Of a DNA stretch of 61,986 bases, positions 37,428 to 46,780 are shown piece by piece. The stretch is from Candidatus Jorgensenbacteria bacterium GW2011_GWA1_48_11 (lineage in GTDB: Bacteria > Patescibacteriota > Minisyncoccia > UBA6257 > GWB1-50-10). The stretch is taken from the NCBI GenBank assembly GCA_001003475.1, contig LCPF01000002.1, positions 2,190 through 64,175 on the forward strand, written 5' to 3'. The translations under genes were made by a program, and so were the position numbers. How positions within the stretch are numbered: position 1 is the stretch's first letter; the number at the start of each line of letters is the position of its first letter. The notes beneath the pieces are model-generated. The model did no database searches and was not told the origin of the DNA. It saw only the letters and a program-made list of their open reading frames with translations.

Positions 37428-38888
37428 GTGACCCTTCTCATTAAAAACGGGCTGGTTTACGACGGTAGTGAAAAAGCGCCGGAAAAGAGCGACATTTTCA
37501 TTTCCGGCAAAAAGATCGTGCGGATCGGCCAATTCCCGGCCCTCAAGGCCGACGTCGTCATTGACGCTTCGGGTGCTTTGGTTTTGCCTGGCTTCATCGA
37601 TATCGGCAGCACGATCGACCATTATTTCGAGGTTTTTTCCGAACCGGTCCAGGAGCGGCTTATCGCGAACGGCATCACGACCGTGATCGGCGGCAACGAC
37701 GGATTTTCTTTGGCGCCCTTCACCAGAAAATCCTATTTTTTGATGAATGAAATGGGCGACAATCATTACCGGAACGCGGATTGGCATTCGGTCGGGAGTT
37801 TCCTCAACGTTTTGGGTCGGAAACGGCTGCGGGTGAATTTCGGCACTTTGGCCGGCCATACGACCATCCGGGAATCATTGACCAAGGGCGAACCGCGGGA
37901 TTTGACCGATCATGAGCTCCTGGCCATCCGGAGAATATTGGCCCAGAGTTTTAAGGACGGCGCTTTCGGTTTTTCGATAAATTTAAACTCCATTTATTCC
38001 CGCCGCGTGCCGCTTTACGAAATTGAAAGCCTGGCCGAGGCGACGGCTAGCGGTAAAAAGATATTTGCTTTGGGTTTGCGTCAGACCGGAGAAAAATTAT
38101 CGGCGGCCATCGAAGAAATGATAACGATCGCTAAAAAGACTTCGGTTAACGTTCAGCTGCGGCGTTTCGCGCCGGTCAGAAATTTCGTTGGCGCGTACCT
38201 TGAAGCGAAAGAAATTTTCGAAAAAAGTTCGGCCGAGACCCACGTCAATTTCGATTTGAACCTGTCGGGCTTGACGGTCATGCCGATTCACGATTTACTG
38301 CCCGATTGGTTCCGGAACAGCAATTTGGAGGACATGGTTAGAAACATCGAGAGCGCGGCCATGCGAGAGGTGGTTTTCGGCCATTTGGCGAAATTCGATC
38401 TCGCGAAAATAAGGATCATTCGGGCGCCGCGACCCTTGAAATTTCTGGAAACGAAGACGCTGCGCGATTTTGCCGCGAGCCGCAACCTCCACGACGCACC
38501 GGCGATTTTGAAATTCATGCAGCTTACGCACCTCCAGTCCTTGGTTGGTTTGGAAAACGTCGATTTGAAAACAGCGGCCGGATTTTTGGATTCGCCGAAA
38601 GCGATCGCGAGTGCCGATGTTTTGACGGACGCTTTCACGGTTTTGATCAATTCGGTTTTGAAGGACGGCCTCATGCCGCTCGAAAAAGCAGTGACCAAAA
38701 TGACTTTGAAGCCGGCCGAAAAATATCGCATTCCACTGCGGGGCCTTTTGAAAGAGGGTTATTTTGCCGACGTCGTCGTCGTGGCCGACGGCCGGGTGCG
38801 GGATGTGGTTTTGAACGGGGAATTGGCTTTCAACCAAGGTCGGAGCAAAAACAAGACCGCCGGCATGGTTTTGAGGCCGGCCCGCTAA
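37428..38888 (+). CDS. N-acyl-D-amino-acid deacylase-like amidohydrolase, metal ligands apparently lost
   Basis: LIKNGLVYDG, PGFID, GITTV.GN.GFS, AVTKMT..PA, RGLLKEGYFADVVV. Confidence 0.8.
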   Translation: MTLLIKNGLVYDGSEKAPEKSDIFISGKKIVRIGQFPALKADVVIDASGALVLPGFIDIGSTIDHYFEVFSEPVQERLIANGITTVIGGNDGFSLAPFTRKSYFLMNEMGDNHYRNADWHSVGSFLNVLGRKRLRVNFGTLAGHTTIRESLTKGEPRDLTDHELLAIRRILAQSFKDGAFGFSINLNSIYSRRVPLYEIESLAEATASGKKIFALGLRQTGEKLSAAIEEMITIAKKTSVNVQLRRFAPVRNFVGAYLEAKEIFEKSSAETHVNFDLNLSGLTVMPIHDLLPDWFRNSNLEDMVRNIESAAMREVVFGHLAKFDLAKIRIIRAPRPLKFLETKTLRDFAASRNLHDAPAILKFMQLTHLQSLVGLENVDLKTAAGFLDSPKAIASADVLTDAFTVLINSVLKDGLMPLEKAVTKMTLKPAEKYRIPLRGLLKEGYFADVVVVADGRVRDVVLNGELAFNQGRSKNKTAGMVLRPAR

Positions 38889-38892
38889 AGGA

Positions 38893-39993
38893 ATGACGGG
38901 AAGATTCGGAAAGGGGCCGGACTATGTTTTTTTGGGAGTTTTGATGATTCTCCTGATTTTCGGGCTTGTCATGCTCGCGAGCGCCTCGGGCGACCTGGCC
39001 AAGGCCCAGTTCGGCGACAGCTATTATTATTTGCGCCATCAGATCTTGACCGGTCTGCTTCTGGGCCTGGTCGGTTTTCTCGTCGGTTACATCGTCAACT
39101 ATCGCCATTGGGAAAAACTTGCCATCTGGTTTTTGGCCGCAAGCATATTGATTTTGCTTTTGGTTTTCACGCCTTTGGGCGTGAAACTTTACGGCTCCGA
39201 ACGCTGGCTGGATTTTAACGGCATTTCTTTCCAGCCCGGCGAGCTCGTGAAACTGACTTTTTTGATCTATCTTGCCTCCTGGCTCAGCCGCAAAAGCCAG
39301 CGGAGCAAAAGCTGGTCCGAGGGTTTTCTGCCGTTTCTTTTCGTTTTTGGGCTTGTGGCAGTGCTTCTTATACTCCAACCCTCGACCTCGACGGCCGTGA
39401 TTTTGGGCGCGGCTTCATTCGTCACTTATTTTACGGCCGGCGGCCGGATAAAATTCCTGGCCGCCGGCGGCATTTTATTCCTCATAGCCCTTATTCTCTT
39501 GATCGCGGTTACGCCTTACCGTCTGCAGCGGGTTTTGAGTTTCTTGAACCCGCAGACGAACCAATTGGGGGCGTCCTATCACATCAATCAGGCCCTGATT
39601 GCGATCGGTTCGGGCGGTCTTACCGGCGTGGGCTACGGCCCATCCACGACCAAACTTCATTACTTGCCCGAGCCGTTGAGCGATTCCATTTTTGCCGTGA
39701 TCGGCGAAGAGTTGGGCTTTTTGGGCGCGCTTTTCGTGATCCTTATTTTTCTTGCTTTCATCTGGCGCGGTTTGAAGATCGCGAAAAGGGCGCCGGATGA
39801 TTTCGGCCGATTTATGGCGGCGGGCTTCACGGCCCTGATCGGTGTGCAAGCTTTCGTTAACATCGGCGCCATTTCCGGCCTAATTCCCTTGACCGGCGTG
39901 CCGCTGCCGTTTGTGAGCTACGGCGGCACGGCCCTGGCTGTATTTCTGACAATGGGTGGTATTATTTTAAATATATCGAGGCAGAGAAGGTAG
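38893..39993 (+). CDS. ftsW: SEDS peptidoglycan polymerase FtsW
   Basis: GLVMLASAS, RW, FQPGELVK, LPE..SDSIFAVIGEELG, TGVPLPFVSYGG. Confidence 0.92.
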   Translation: MTGRFGKGPDYVFLGVLMILLIFGLVMLASASGDLAKAQFGDSYYYLRHQILTGLLLGLVGFLVGYIVNYRHWEKLAIWFLAASILILLLVFTPLGVKLYGSERWLDFNGISFQPGELVKLTFLIYLASWLSRKSQRSKSWSEGFLPFLFVFGLVAVLLILQPSTSTAVILGAASFVTYFTAGGRIKFLAAGGILFLIALILLIAVTPYRLQRVLSFLNPQTNQLGASYHINQALIAIGSGGLTGVGYGPSTTKLHYLPEPLSDSIFAVIGEELGFLGALFVILIFLAFIWRGLKIAKRAPDDFGRFMAAGFTALIGVQAFVNIGAISGLIPLTGVPLPFVSYGGTALAVFLTMGGIILNISRQRR

Positions 39994-40076
39994 AAAGATC
40001 AGGGCTATGACCAAAAAATCAAGAGAGTGTCAAAACTGCCAGCTCAAGTCTAGTCCGCCCCGGGCGGACAAACATC

Positions 40077-41837
40077 ATGACTGAATCACAAACTAAAGTT
40101 TGTCAGAATTGTCATGGTTCATTCGTCATCGAACCTGAAGATTTCGGGTTCTACAAAAAGATAGATGTCCCGCCGCCGACATTTTGTCCGGAATGCCGTT
40201 ATCGCCGACGTCTCTTGGATAGGAACGAATGGAGCTTGTACAGGCGGAACTGCAATTTCAGCGGCGAAACCGTTGTTTCTATTTATCGGAACGATGCGCC
40301 ATTCCCGGTCTACAAGCAGGAAGTCTGGCGGGGTGACAAATGGGATCCCTTGTCCTATGGGCGGAACTTCGATTTTAACCGGTCTTTCTTCGAGCAGTAT
40401 GAAAAATTGCGCCGCGTCGTGCCCCACCTGGCCTTAGCGAATTCGAATAGCGTTAATTCCGAATACAGCAATCAATCGCAAGACAATAAGGATTGCTATA
40501 TGGTTTCGGCAACCGGCGGCAGCGAAAAATGTATGTACGGCAATTGGTTTCAGCCGGGTTCTTATTTTTCGGCCGACTGCTATATGATCGAGAAAAGCGA
40601 ATTTTGCTATGAATGTATTAATTGCGGGCGATGCTCGCGGTGTGTTTGGTGCCAGGACTGTTTTGACTGCGTTGCTTTGAATTTTTCCATTGATTGCCGC
40701 GGTTGTTCGAATTGTTTCGGCTGTGTCGGCTTTCGCAATAAGCAATGTGCGTGGTTCAATAAGCAGCTATCGCAGGGTGAATACGAGCAGCGGCTCAAAG
40801 CTTTCGATTGGAGCAGAGGCGAAATTTTGAAAGCGATTGAAGAAACGAAGAGATTGTCTTTGGTTCTGCCTCGGAAAAATTATCATGGCGCTAAGGTCCA
40901 GAATTCTTCAGGCGATTATCTGGAAAATGCGACCAATGCCCGCTTTAGCTTTAATTGCCGGGAAAATAAAGATACGGCCTATCTTCAGGATGCTTGGCAA
41001 ATGGTTGATGCTTTGGACGAAACAGAAATCTTGAAAGACGAGCGTTCTTATGAACTTCAGGGTTGCGCTTTTACCAATCGTTGCATCGTTCTGCGGAGTT
41101 GCTGGACAATGACCGATTGTTACTATTGCGACATGTGCTTTTCCTGCAGTGATTGTTTGGGTTGTTTCGGTTTGAAGCAGAAACAGTACTGTATTTTGAA
41201 CAAACAATATTCCAGGGAAGATTATTTGGAATTGAAGAAAAGAATCATCGAGCATATGAAGAAAACAAGTGAGTGGGGGGAATATTTTCCGGCGGAGTTA
41301 TCACCCTTCGCCTACAATGAATCGGTAGCGCAAGATTATTTTCCGCTGACTAAGAAAGAGGCGATTGCACGAAGCTATGAATGGTATGATCACCAGGAGT
41401 CGAAGGATTATAAACCGACAATGCGTCCGAGCGATGTTCCAAAATTCATTTCCGAGACAACCGATTCGATTTTGAACGAAGTGATCGGCTGTAGTTCGCA
41501 GGAATCGGAAAAAGAACGAGATTTGCATCCTGAATGCGCCACCGCCTTTCGAGTTATACCGCTTGAACTCTCGCTTTATCGCAAGTTGGGCATTTCTTTG
41601 CCTTCTAAATGTTTTCCTTGCCGCCGGAACGATCGGTTTGCCTTGCGTAATCCCCGGAAGCTCTGGCACCGCCAATGCACCTGCGCCGGGGAGAAGTCGG
41701 AAAACGGCGTCTATCAAAACACCGCCTCACATTTCCACGGAGCCGGGCAGTGCCCCAATGAATTCGAGACCTCCTATTCTCCGGAGAGGAAGGAGATCGT
41801 CTATTGCGAGCAGTGCTATAACGCCGAAGTGGTTTAG
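40077..41837 (+). CDS. Cys-rich hypothetical protein, paralog 3
   Basis: CQNC..PPPTFCPECR, WDPLSYGRNFDF, CFGC, CFPC, YCEQCY. Confidence 0.85.
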   Translation: MTESQTKVCQNCHGSFVIEPEDFGFYKKIDVPPPTFCPECRYRRRLLDRNEWSLYRRNCNFSGETVVSIYRNDAPFPVYKQEVWRGDKWDPLSYGRNFDFNRSFFEQYEKLRRVVPHLALANSNSVNSEYSNQSQDNKDCYMVSATGGSEKCMYGNWFQPGSYFSADCYMIEKSEFCYECINCGRCSRCVWCQDCFDCVALNFSIDCRGCSNCFGCVGFRNKQCAWFNKQLSQGEYEQRLKAFDWSRGEILKAIEETKRLSLVLPRKNYHGAKVQNSSGDYLENATNARFSFNCRENKDTAYLQDAWQMVDALDETEILKDERSYELQGCAFTNRCIVLRSCWTMTDCYYCDMCFSCSDCLGCFGLKQKQYCILNKQYSREDYLELKKRIIEHMKKTSEWGEYFPAELSPFAYNESVAQDYFPLTKKEAIARSYEWYDHQESKDYKPTMRPSDVPKFISETTDSILNEVIGCSSQESEKERDLHPECATAFRVIPLELSLYRKLGISLPSKCFPCRRNDRFALRNPRKLWHRQCTCAGEKSENGVYQNTASHFHGAGQCPNEFETSYSPERKEIVYCEQCYNAEVV

Positions 41838-41843
41838 AGAAGC

Positions 41844-41879
41844 GTTATGCTACAACATAGCGCTATGACATGTTATAGC
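41844..41879. repeat. Two tandem 18-bp palindromes, same family as 28248-28301
   Basis: GTTATGCTACAACATAGC / GCTATGACATGTTATAGC. Confidence 0.7.
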
Positions 41880-41902
41880 GCTAGAAAAATAAAAATCCAG
41901 AC

Positions 41903-43633
41903 ATGATCTCAAAAACTCCCAAATTTGATAATGCTATAGACGAAGTTTTAAGCAAGCTTCAACCGCACGAAAGAAAATGTGCTTCTTGCGGCGAGAATTT
42001 CTTGGTGGAAAAAGAAGATATAGATTTCTATAAAATGCTTCGTGTGCCGCCGCCGACGCTATGTCCGCTCTGCCGGAAGAAGCGCCGATTCGGACAATTT
42101 ATGAGGGTCCCTAAATTCTTTAAGAAGAAATGCGGTGTTCCGGGCCATACAGAAGAGGCTATAACGGTTTTTCCTCCTTCTTCGCCTCACAAGATATATG
42201 ATTTCTCCTTTTACCATTCCGATGGATGGGATGCCGCTACGTATGGGCGGGAATACGACGCGTCAAAATCTTTTTTTACGCAGTTCAAAGAATTATTCTT
42301 TGATGTACCCCATATTTCCCTTGAACGCGATCCGTTGGGCGTTGGCGTCGAGTACACCCTTGGCGGGCGCGGCGGGAAGAATAATTACTATTGCTCCATG
42401 GGGTTTGAAAGTCAGGATTGTCGCTATTGTTTTGACGTACGTTTTTCTAATAATGTAGCGGATTCGCACCTCATTACCAACTCGGAATTTCTCTATCAAT
42501 GCGTGGCATCGGCTTTTTGCAATCACTGTATTTCGGTGGTCGGATGTTCTCACTGCATTGATTGCGCGTTTCTTTATGACTGCAAAAACTGCTCTAATTG
42601 TTTTTTGTCCTCTAATCTGCGGAACAAATCCTACGTCTTCGAGAATGAACAATTTACGAAAGAAGAATACGAAAAGAAAATCGCCGGGATCAATCTTGGA
42701 AAAAGAGAGCAATTCAATGCTTGTCTTCGAAACTTCAATAAATTGATGGAAAAAGCCCTCCATCGTTCCATACAGACCGTGAATACAAACGGTTCTGTCG
42801 GCGACAGCCTTATGGAATGCAATCAGTGTTACTTCGTTTTTCAGACCATGAAATCGGATCACGTCCGCTTTGCGGACAACTTACTTGGAACGAAGGATTC
42901 GATGGATGCAGTAAACGTTCTTGGGGAAAAATTCTACGAAACAGTGGTTGGAGTACCGGGGAACGCCCGCTTTTCCCTTTACGTGAGAAACTCAATCGAT
43001 ATGGAATATTGCGTTGAGTGTTATGATTGCCATGATTGCTTCGGCTGCGTCGGTCTGAAGAACAAAAAATTTCACATTTTTAATAAACCTTACTCCGAAA
43101 ATGAATATTGGCCGAAAATCGACGACGTAAAATCATCGATGCTGAAGAACGGAGAATATGGTGAATTTTTCCCGCTTGAATTTGGACTCTTTCCGTACCA
43201 GTCAAGTAACGGGCAGAAGAATTTTCCCATTAACGGAGTTCGAGCGAAAGAAATAGGCATTCCCTGGTATGACGAACCCGATACGAATGTGCCGGAAAAC
43301 GCGCGAATTAGGCGGGCCCCCGAAGACATTCCCGACGATATACGTAACGTGACGGACGAGATATTGGATGATGTCATTCTCTGCGAAGCGACAAAGAAAC
43401 CTTTTCTGATCACGCGTGCCGAGCTGGGTTTTTATAGGCGAATGAACGTGCCGATTCCTATGAAAAATCCGTGGCGACGCATGGAAGAACGGTCGGAATT
43501 GGAGCGTGGTGTTTGGTTATATCCATTTATTTGCCCGAAATGCGGGGAACGTTCATTTTCCACGTATAATCCTTTGCAACAAGAACGGCTGTCCATTTAC
43601 TGCGAGGAGTGTTATTTAAAGGAAGTGGTATGA
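41903..43633 (+). CDS. Cys-rich hypothetical protein, paralog 4
   Basis: CASC..PPPTLCPLCR, WD..YGREYD, CFGCVGL, CPKC, YCEECY. Confidence 0.85.
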   Translation: MISKTPKFDNAIDEVLSKLQPHERKCASCGENFLVEKEDIDFYKMLRVPPPTLCPLCRKKRRFGQFMRVPKFFKKKCGVPGHTEEAITVFPPSSPHKIYDFSFYHSDGWDAATYGREYDASKSFFTQFKELFFDVPHISLERDPLGVGVEYTLGGRGGKNNYYCSMGFESQDCRYCFDVRFSNNVADSHLITNSEFLYQCVASAFCNHCISVVGCSHCIDCAFLYDCKNCSNCFLSSNLRNKSYVFENEQFTKEEYEKKIAGINLGKREQFNACLRNFNKLMEKALHRSIQTVNTNGSVGDSLMECNQCYFVFQTMKSDHVRFADNLLGTKDSMDAVNVLGEKFYETVVGVPGNARFSLYVRNSIDMEYCVECYDCHDCFGCVGLKNKKFHIFNKPYSENEYWPKIDDVKSSMLKNGEYGEFFPLEFGLFPYQSSNGQKNFPINGVRAKEIGIPWYDEPDTNVPENARIRRAPEDIPDDIRNVTDEILDDVILCEATKKPFLITRAELGFYRRMNVPIPMKNPWRRMEERSELERGVWLYPFICPKCGERSFSTYNPLQQERLSIYCEECYLKEVV

Positions 43634-43688
43634 ATAAATTACTTTTTTGGAAAAACAAATTAATTAGATTACAAGATATAATAAGTAG

Positions 43689-44828
43689 ATGGTTGAATCC
43701 GTGAGAATTTTACTGACTGGCGGCGGGAGCGGGGGACACGTCTACCCCTTAGTCGCCGTGGCCGAGGAGTTGAAAAAGCAGGCGCCCCAGGCCCAAATTT
43801 ATTATTTCGGCCCAAAGAGCGCTTTGAACGCCGAGTTCGTAAATCTGGGCATTGGCGTTTACAATATCGCCTCGAGCAAACTCCGGCGTTATTTTTCCCT
43901 GGCGAATTTCATTGACGTGCCGAAATTCTTTTGGAGCCTTGTTCAGGCATTTTTCAAGCTCTATTTTCTGATGCCAGACGTGGTTTTCTCCAAGGGCGGT
44001 CCGGGCGCCCTCTCCGTTATTCTGGCCGCTAAGTTCTATCTGATTCCGGTCATTATCCACGAATCCGACGCCGTGCCGGGACTTACGAACCGGCTTTCCG
44101 CCAAGCTTGCGAAAAGAATCGGCATTTCTTTCGCGGAAGCTGCCAAGTATTTTCCCAAAAACAAGACCGCTCTCGTCGGCAATCCCTTGCGATCGGGTTT
44201 GCTCGCATCGGTGAATCTCACCCAGGCCCAAGCAAAAAAAGATTTGCGTTTCGAAACCAATAAGCCGCTCATTCTCGTTTTGGGCGGTTCCCAGGGCGCC
44301 CAAGTGATAAATAGCCTGATCTGGGATAATTTTCTTTCGATTTTGGAAATCAGCCAAGTCTATCATCAGGTCGGCGACCTAAATTTGAGCGAGATTAAAG
44401 ACTTCATTGCCGGCGCGCCTCAAGAAATCCGGCTTGCCGGCGATCAGTACAAATTTACCGGCTTTTTCGATTTGCCGAGCCTGCGGGAAGCGCTATTCGC
44501 CGCCGACCTCGTTATTTCCCGGGCCGGCGCCGGCGCGATCTTCGAAATTGCCGCTTTCGGCAAGCCCTCGATTTTGGTACCGCTCGAGGGAGCCGCCAAC
44601 GGCCACCAGCGGGTCAACGCTTACGCTTACGCCGAAACAGGCGCCGCCGAAGTGATCGAGGAAGAAAATTTCACGATCAATATCTTAAAAACTCAAATTA
44701 AGGACATTTTGGGCAACGCCGCGAAAATGGGGGAAATGGCGACGGCCGCAAAGGCTTTTGCTAAGCCTGACACCGCCCAGGTTTTAGCCAAGGAAATTTT
44801 GTTTTTGAGTGGCGCGAGGTTTATTTGA
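43689..44828 (+). CDS. murG: UDP-GlcNAc:lipid I N-acetylglucosamine transferase
   Basis: GGGSGGHVYP, HESD..PG, GNP, GGSQGA, SRAGAG, HQRVNA. Confidence 0.95.
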   Translation: MVESVRILLTGGGSGGHVYPLVAVAEELKKQAPQAQIYYFGPKSALNAEFVNLGIGVYNIASSKLRRYFSLANFIDVPKFFWSLVQAFFKLYFLMPDVVFSKGGPGALSVILAAKFYLIPVIIHESDAVPGLTNRLSAKLAKRIGISFAEAAKYFPKNKTALVGNPLRSGLLASVNLTQAQAKKDLRFETNKPLILVLGGSQGAQVINSLIWDNFLSILEISQVYHQVGDLNLSEIKDFIAGAPQEIRLAGDQYKFTGFFDLPSLREALFAADLVISRAGAGAIFEIAAFGKPSILVPLEGAANGHQRVNAYAYAETGAAEVIEEENFTINILKTQIKDILGNAAKMGEMATAAKAFAKPDTAQVLAKEILFLSGARFI

Positions 44829-45140
44829 TTTTAGCTTAGCTCCTTTGACTTTTTGAGAGTTTAACTTTTTAATCTCTTTCAAAACTAGCGCTATAATTAA
44901 TTATAACGGTGTAAGGAAATTATAAAGAGAGTTGGAAGAGATTTTAAAATCGTTTTTAGGTTTAGTTTCAACTGAAATCGTGAAAATCCCAGTGGTATAT
45001 CGTAGTATACCACCTCAAAAATTAACTATTGAATCATTAAAATTGTTGGATTAAACAAAAAGAGCCGCACCCGTAGGTTTGGCTCTCGGTCCAAAAAAGG
45101 ACTCTTGGGATTTTTTCGGAACCCCTTAACCGGTTGAAGA

Positions 45141-45245
45141 TTACACCGTTACGGCGATGACGATCAACGCGCCGCACATGAACGAGAGAAGCCACTTGAT
45201 ACCCTTGAGATGATCGATCATCTCTTCTGCCTGCTGACTCGTCAT
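45141..45245 (-). CDS. Unannotated 34-aa membrane peptide MTSQQAEEMIDHLKGIKWLLSFMCGALIVIAVTV
   Basis: GAGG SD, promoter TTGACT-17-TAGAAT at 45291-45319, downstream hairpin plus T-tract near 45057-45086. Confidence 0.6.
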   Translation of the reverse strand: MTSQQAEEMIDHLKGIKWLLSFMCGALIVIAVTV

Positions 45246-45290
45246 TTTGCGCCTCACAGAGCGGGTTCGTTGCTTGATGCTGCTATTTAT

Positions 45291-45319
45291 ATTCTAGCAC
45301 AAATCTACTAGGAAGTCAA
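45291..45319 (-). promoter_or_regulatory. Sigma70-type promoter
   Basis: TTGACT-N17-TAGAAT with TG extension. Confidence 0.7.
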
Positions 45320-45369
45320 GCAAGAAAAGGTTTAAATAGGCGAAAAACAAGGCTATAATTAAAAAACTT

Positions 45370-46773
45370 ATGATTAGGGTTAGATTTGCGCCATCGCCAA
45401 CCGGCCATTTGCATATGGGTGGTGTCAGAACCGCTCTTTTTAACTGGCTTTTTGCCCGCCATGAAGGCGGCAAGTTCCTTTTGCGCATTGAAGACACCGA
45501 CAAGAACCGTTCCAAGAAAGAATACGAGGATGAGATAATCAATGTTTTGAAATGGCTTGGTCTTGACTGGGATGAGGAAGTGAACCGGCAAAGCGAAAGG
45601 TTGTCCCTTTACGAAGGGTATCTCAAAAAACTCTTCGAATCGGGTTTGGCTTATTACTGTTTTTGCACGCTCGAAGAGCTTGAAGCGGAAAGCCAGGCCC
45701 AGCTTACTCAAGGATTGCCGCCCAAATACAGCGGCAAATGCCGTCATTTGAAGCGGGAAGAAGTCGAAGAGCGTCTCAAAAAAGAACCAGCCGTGATCCG
45801 CTTTAAGGTTCCAAATAGGGTAGTGGCTTTTCACGATATGATCAGGGGCAATGTGGAATTCAATGCCGAGCTTATCGGGGATATTGTCATTGCGAAAAGC
45901 TTGCAAGAACCTTTGTATAATTTTGCGGCGGCCGTTGACGATTTTGAAATGAAGATCACTCACGTCATCCGTGGCGAGGAACACATCTCAAACACGCCTA
46001 AGCAGATTCTGATCCAGGAAGCTTTGGGTTTCGATCGGCTTGAATACGCCCATTTACCCCTGATCCTCGGGCCGGATCGGAAAAAACTTTCCAAGCGTTT
46101 TTTGGATAAGTCCATGGACGATTACATCAAGGACGGTTATTTAGCCGAAGCGATCATTAATTTTTTGGTACTTTTAGGTTGGCACCCCAAAGAAGACCGG
46201 GAAGTGATAAGTCTGGCCGATATGGTAAAAGAGTTCAGTTTGAACCGAGTCCAAAAAGCCGGCGCTATTTTCAATCCGGAAAAACTGGATTGGCTGAACG
46301 GTTATTATTTGCGGTCCTTGCCGCTGAAAATCATTGTCGAAAAGTTGAAAAAATTCATTCCGACGGCCTGGCTCAAGAAAGAAAAACTTTTGGAGAAGGT
46401 GATCGAGATCGAAAAAGAACGGATGCGGCGCTTGAATGAATTTCCCGATTTGGCCGGTTTTTTCTTCGATTTGCCGGATTATCCGGTTTTGATTTTGAAC
46501 TGGCAGAAAACAAATGCGGCAACAACCCTGGATAATCTGAAGGCCGTGGCCGAAGCTTTAAGGGCGGTTCCCAAGGAAGATTTCTCCAAAAAAACATTCG
46601 AATCCAGCCTGATGCTTTTGGCCGATGCCAGGGGCCGGGGTGAGATATTCTGGCCTTTGCGGGTGGCTTTATCGGGTAGGGAAGCCTCGCCCGGCCCCTT
46701 GGATATCTTGGAAATTTTGGGCAAAGAAGAATCTTTGCAGAGGATCCAGGCGGCCATCAAGAAACTTTCCTGA
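45370..46773 (+). CDS. gltX: Glutamate--tRNA ligase
   Basis: RFAPSPTGHLHMG, LRIEDTD, HVIRGEEH, KLSKR. Confidence 0.97.
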   Translation: MIRVRFAPSPTGHLHMGGVRTALFNWLFARHEGGKFLLRIEDTDKNRSKKEYEDEIINVLKWLGLDWDEEVNRQSERLSLYEGYLKKLFESGLAYYCFCTLEELEAESQAQLTQGLPPKYSGKCRHLKREEVEERLKKEPAVIRFKVPNRVVAFHDMIRGNVEFNAELIGDIVIAKSLQEPLYNFAAAVDDFEMKITHVIRGEEHISNTPKQILIQEALGFDRLEYAHLPLILGPDRKKLSKRFLDKSMDDYIKDGYLAEAIINFLVLLGWHPKEDREVISLADMVKEFSLNRVQKAGAIFNPEKLDWLNGYYLRSLPLKIIVEKLKKFIPTAWLKKEKLLEKVIEIEKERMRRLNEFPDLAGFFFDLPDYPVLILNWQKTNAATTLDNLKAVAEALRAVPKEDFSKKTFESSLMLLADARGRGEIFWPLRVALSGREASPGPLDILEILGKEESLQRIQAAIKKLS

Positions 46774-46780
46774 TATTTCT

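Noticed and set aside
29927-41806. Diversity-generating retroelement TR/VR pair
   Set aside because: Mismatches are not confined to adenines and are mostly synonymous transitions, both copies are coding 3' ends, and there is no reverse transcriptase in the window.
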